Assembly (NCBI GenBank): GCA_003697105.1
Contig: RFFQ01000057.1
Span: forward strand, 1-48,309
Length of the DNA stretch: 48,309 bases
Reading direction: 5' to 3'
Origin: Gemmatimonadota bacterium
GTDB taxonomy: Bacteria > 4572-55 > J002
A model generated the notes under the pieces. That model did not search any database, had not been told where the DNA came from, and worked only from the letters and a program-made list of their open reading frames with translations. This document shows positions 46,101 to 48,309 of this stretch, in pieces; the stretch's first letter is position 1; each line of letters begins with the position of its first letter. Both the position numbers and the translations under genes were made by a program.

Positions 46101-48309
46101 ACCGTACTCCGCCGGATTGCCGCTGCCTCCACCGCCCGCGCTGCTACTGCCGGCGATCTGAAGCACCACCCCAACGTTGAAGGCATGATGCGTGTCCGTA
46201 CCGGATTCGTAACCCACCACCGTTTGGGTACTGTCAATGATGCGGCTCACGGACTCCGGCAGTTGATCCAATGGCAATCCATGCTGATGGCGGGCATCAA
46301 CGGTCAGAGCAAACGCGCCGGTCATATTCTGTGGTAGAATCAGATTTCCGTCCCACACAGTGTCGGACGTCCACCGACCCGCCACCAACGCTGTTAGTGC
46401 TGAATCCCCTCCCGCCGGATAGGGATAATTCAGCCACACTTGGGGCGGCTGATCCGTATTCATCGCCGTAGAAAAAGTCAACCGGAGATTCAATAACCCA
46501 CTGACCGGAGCAACGGTGTCCTGTTCCGTCAGGGTGCGGGTCGTATCACCGCTGTCAAGCGCCCAAACGGCATGATAAATTGTATCGGGAGCCGTGCGTA
46601 CCGGCGGAGAAGCGGGCAGTTCCAGCAAGACCTCCTGTAAAATTGCCGGAGCGGGATCGTGGATGGTAAACACATGGGTTGTATCCCAGCCGGGTTCGTA
46701 CCCAACGTAGACGTATTCGGTGTCGCGCTCAGTAAAGTGGGGAATTGTAGCAGGATCGCTGTCAATCAGGTTGCCGTAGATATCCGTGCCGGGGATGTGC
46801 AGACGAAAATCGCCGATCTTATCTGCCGGTAGTACCGCCATACCCAGCCAAAGCGTATCCGCCGCCCAGCCGGTGCTATCCTGCGGGAAGACGGTCACCT
46901 CCTGTTCGTCACGGTGCAGCAGCCGCACGTTGGGTATCCGGGTCATATCCATCGGTTGGGAAAAGGTGAGTTCGATATCGAGCGTATCGCCCGGGAACGC
47001 CGGTACCACCGCCGGATCGTGGATGAGTACGCGACTGGTATCGGTGAGGTCTTGCCAATGGGCGGAGTAATTAAATGCAGATTGTCGCTGTCCTCTATCT
47101 TCAGGAAAATTTAGACGATTCGGAACCCTCGAACGAATGACATCGCAAACCGTAGAGCGAGGTATAAGTCTATTTTGGATTGCCAAAGCCGTATAAAACT
47201 TTACATTGTCAACCAGATTAATATGAGTCTCGTCGGAAAAGCTGGATTGAATGTACTGATAGTAATGATGTTTTTGAGCAGATTCTCTATTAACAGGTAT
47301 TGGCAACCAATGCAATGCGCCATGCAGACTATCATCTCTGCGTTCAGCACCTTCCCCACCAATTCCCAGGATGGTGTATTGACTTTCCTCTTGCACAATC
47401 CAATCTCCAGGACCCAATGTTGTGCCCCCTTTTTGGCGTGTCCCTTTTGGTACAGGCAAAGGAATTGGGGGCAAAGGTGCAAATTGTGCAAGTGTCGGCT
47501 TCCTACGGTTATAAGCGGTTGAAACATACGAGACATATAGTACATCTGAAGCAGGTGTTTTCCCTTGAAAGGCTTCCATAAATTGATTTCTAAAGACAGA
47601 ACCATACACATTTGTTAACTCCCCTGTGGTCTGCTGATAACCCGTGGGTCCCGCAGGGTCAAACTTGTCCGGTGGATACGCTCTGGTCATCCAAAATCGA
47701 ATCTCATTTATCCCGCGTCCTTCTTCATCATCTTGATCTGGAAATGGCAGGGAAAGAAAATCGGCAAGTCCAGCACCGGCAAGCGGAGAATCAATTGTAA
47801 TCACTCTGGATACATCATTATCATAGTCGAATGAAGGGAATGAATAAACACTTACCGGTAAATCTATAAAATCAACTTTCATATGATCTTTAATGGGATG
47901 TATTCTTCTATACTTTTCCATTGCCTCCGCAGAAATATAAAGACGACTCCCCGCATTATCTGTCGGGCTCATGGTATAATACGCAGAAACAATCCCACCC
48001 CGACTATGTCCTATCAAGGTCACTTTCGTAGTCGGGTAATTAGGGAATCGCTGATTGTGCAGATATAGCGCATGCTGAATCGCGGTTTTGAGATGTGGAA
48101 TATCCTGTTCAATCGCATTCTCGCCTGTGCCCATTTCGTTTAATCCGGGATATCTTGGTCTAGCGGGTACACTGTATATTACCCGCCCTTGATCACCTCC
48201 GTTATACTGTTTAAGAAAATTTTCAAACTTTACCCAATCTTCACCCGTTCCGGTTGTACCGATAACAAGTAAGATCGGCTCTTCAGGTGCTCCTGCCTCA
48301 GATATATGA
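43131..48309 (-). CDS. Giant secreted modular protein, 5'-partial: alpha/beta-hydrolase (lipase-like), two repeated Ig-like domains, Cys/Asp repeats, poly-Pro, VWA, PKD, BACON-like, PKD
   Basis: Frame is open to the window end (…EPILLVIGTTGTGEDW…). GHSRGG at 47994-48011; VITIDSPLAGA; MIDAS DKSGS and LMTDG; YAWDFDNDG and WDFGDGQTS PKD motifs. Interrupted by TGA at 43131-43133. Confidence 0.85.
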   Translation of the reverse strand, partial: HISEAGAPEEPILLVIGTTGTGEDWVKFENFLKQYNGGDQGRVIYSVPARPRYPGLNEMGTGENAIEQDIPHLKTAIQHALYLHNQRFPNYPTTKVTLIGHSRGGIVSAYYTMSPTDNAGSRLYISAEAMEKYRRIHPIKDHMKVDFIDLPVSVYSFPSFDYDNDVSRVITIDSPLAGAGLADFLSLPFPDQDDEEGRGINEIRFWMTRAYPPDKFDPAGPTGYQQTTGELTNVYGSVFRNQFMEAFQGKTPASDVLYVSYVSTAYNRRKPTLAQFAPLPPIPLPVPKGTRQKGGTTLGPGDWIVQEESQYTILGIGGEGAERRDDSLHGALHWLPIPVNRESAQKHHYYQYIQSSFSDETHINLVDNVKFYTALAIQNRLIPRSTVCDVIRSRVPNRLNFPEDRGQRQSAFNYSAHWQDLTDTSRVLIHDPAVVPAFPGDTLDIELTFSQPMDMTRIPNVRLLHRDEQEVTVFPQDSTGWAADTLWLGMAVLPADKIGDFRLHIPGTDIYGNLIDSDPATIPHFTERDTEYVYVGYEPGWDTTHVFTIHDPAPAILQEVLLELPASPPVRTAPDTIYHAVWALDSGDTTRTLTEQDTVAPVSGLLNLRLTFSTAMNTDQPPQVWLNYPYPAGGDSALTALVAGRWTSDTVWDGNLILPQNMTGAFALTVDARHQHGLPLDQLPESVSRIIDSTQTVVGYESGTDTHHAFNVGVVLQIAGSSSAGGGGSGNPAEYGNFAPDDSLGVDFGGFVIDPADTATQNSIINSAVCTDSEGNEIPGTIEWIYDDEGNITGMNWLPAVPLTPGEEYTWTFGPVFDTNGDGLVDDNDIISHVIRPFTDCNDNRLPDREEIIEHGVTDCQGDDIPDECQLFRNDRDGDGVPNECDPDYPPPPPPPPSGDVPAVCYILDKSGSMSEHQRWEKLKQAVTQSLSRRRLGEAVAIVTFTDAGEQIFSRRLNSEADREAAINAVNGLSNPIGSTNIGLGLLTGYAALNQPDYGRKAFFLMTDGQNNAASPVISEVIADYFGGQMPPPLEESGRALPNEEPPSEEYRELPEIIRLLRDGEGESPLPIHAFSIGSGAQTGRMSAIASGTGGNHAHIPERRGVLDVALLQDAFYTQDVNLSLGEENERIEDVFQEDTTYAHEVYVEDFLTQATFTLMWRNPHNRLTMSVTPPEDSTIIIFPEENSTMVAYTVENPLTGIWQIDISVDELYGDDPYILSFTSRGGLELTTNLSNDTYPTGEMELTAQFTEGGLPLLNATISLELLRPDNVIEVLSLLDSDDDGLYTLAYDFSQGGEYQFILTAVAADESFQRRQAGSLYFQDFQPLQPQFEVDVQEGIESLTVSFVDQSEGYPPVSRYAWDFDNDGVIDSENRAPTYVYEYDESCEEACSYAVKLAIANGIEQDSLIREDAIIVHAPQPDIAVNPPELEMYYPMDGEVEFILEIENRGTLELEWESQADVAEPWWIEIDPTSGRVEPRYDENEFNQEDVYLILGVNDPEEVAPGDYSFMVEITSNDPDNGSLTVPLDVVVPPADLVIRLDSLRIYRQLLAYESDVLEIELANDGAVPLYWDIHEQTQASSWSRSGRLRDSDWLLFYPEGGVIMPGDYEYLIIELNLFEDDPLPEGLYTTNLRLSSNDPEEEEVVIEVQMEIVWIRDRTEASVNYGYAPLTVEFADDAESIVEIISRVWDFGDGQTSDDQYPIHTYAEVDTFTVTLTLSDGDRD

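Noticed and set aside
1-48309. Alternative genetic code (TGA = Trp/Gly)
   Set aside because: holB, glgA, the thioredoxin, both PPIases and the BNR protein end at TGA at their expected C-termini.
1-48309. CRISPR array, tRNA (including tRNA-Sec) or rRNA
   Set aside because: No regularly spaced repeats or cloverleaf/rRNA motifs were seen by eye; the intergenic gaps are short and mostly explained by promoters and terminators.

Overview
Bacterial chromosomal window in standard code 11: TGA is a normal stop in holB, glgA, the thioredoxin and both PPIases. The organism is probably an FCB-superphylum member, inferred from three proteins with the NYPNPFNP/FlgD-Ig (T9SS-type) C-terminal domain, a DUF2851-like gene and a Bacteroidota-type giant outer-membrane protein. 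The middle ~36 kb is mostly housekeeping and envelope genes: holB, rocD, a class III adenylate cyclase, Usp, argS, ribA, receiver proteins, Spy/CpxP, OmpA-SPOR, a sugar nucleotidyltransferase, ptsI, glgA, an NTPase-TPR protein, two parvulin PPIases, selA, thioredoxin, rnc and two outer-membrane proteins. Several have clear sigma70 promoters and intrinsic terminators. Both window ends cut through very large secreted modular proteins. The left one has a ~522-aa internal duplication and ends in dockerin + cohesin + FlgD CTD. The right one (lipase-like hydrolase, VWA, PKD) has an in-frame TGA at 43131-43133, which the ORF track treats as the end of the gene. Beyond it the frame continues 70 codons, finishing the PKD domain and adding a dockerin-like domain. 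Together these suggest a non-cellulosomal cohesin-dockerin surface complex (inference). Other observations include a solitary integron attC-like site after ynfA, a 5'-truncated IS701-like element, and a low-GC lipase module within the giant gene. No rRNA, tRNA or CRISPR array was recognised. All family assignments come from motif recognition by eye, not database searches.
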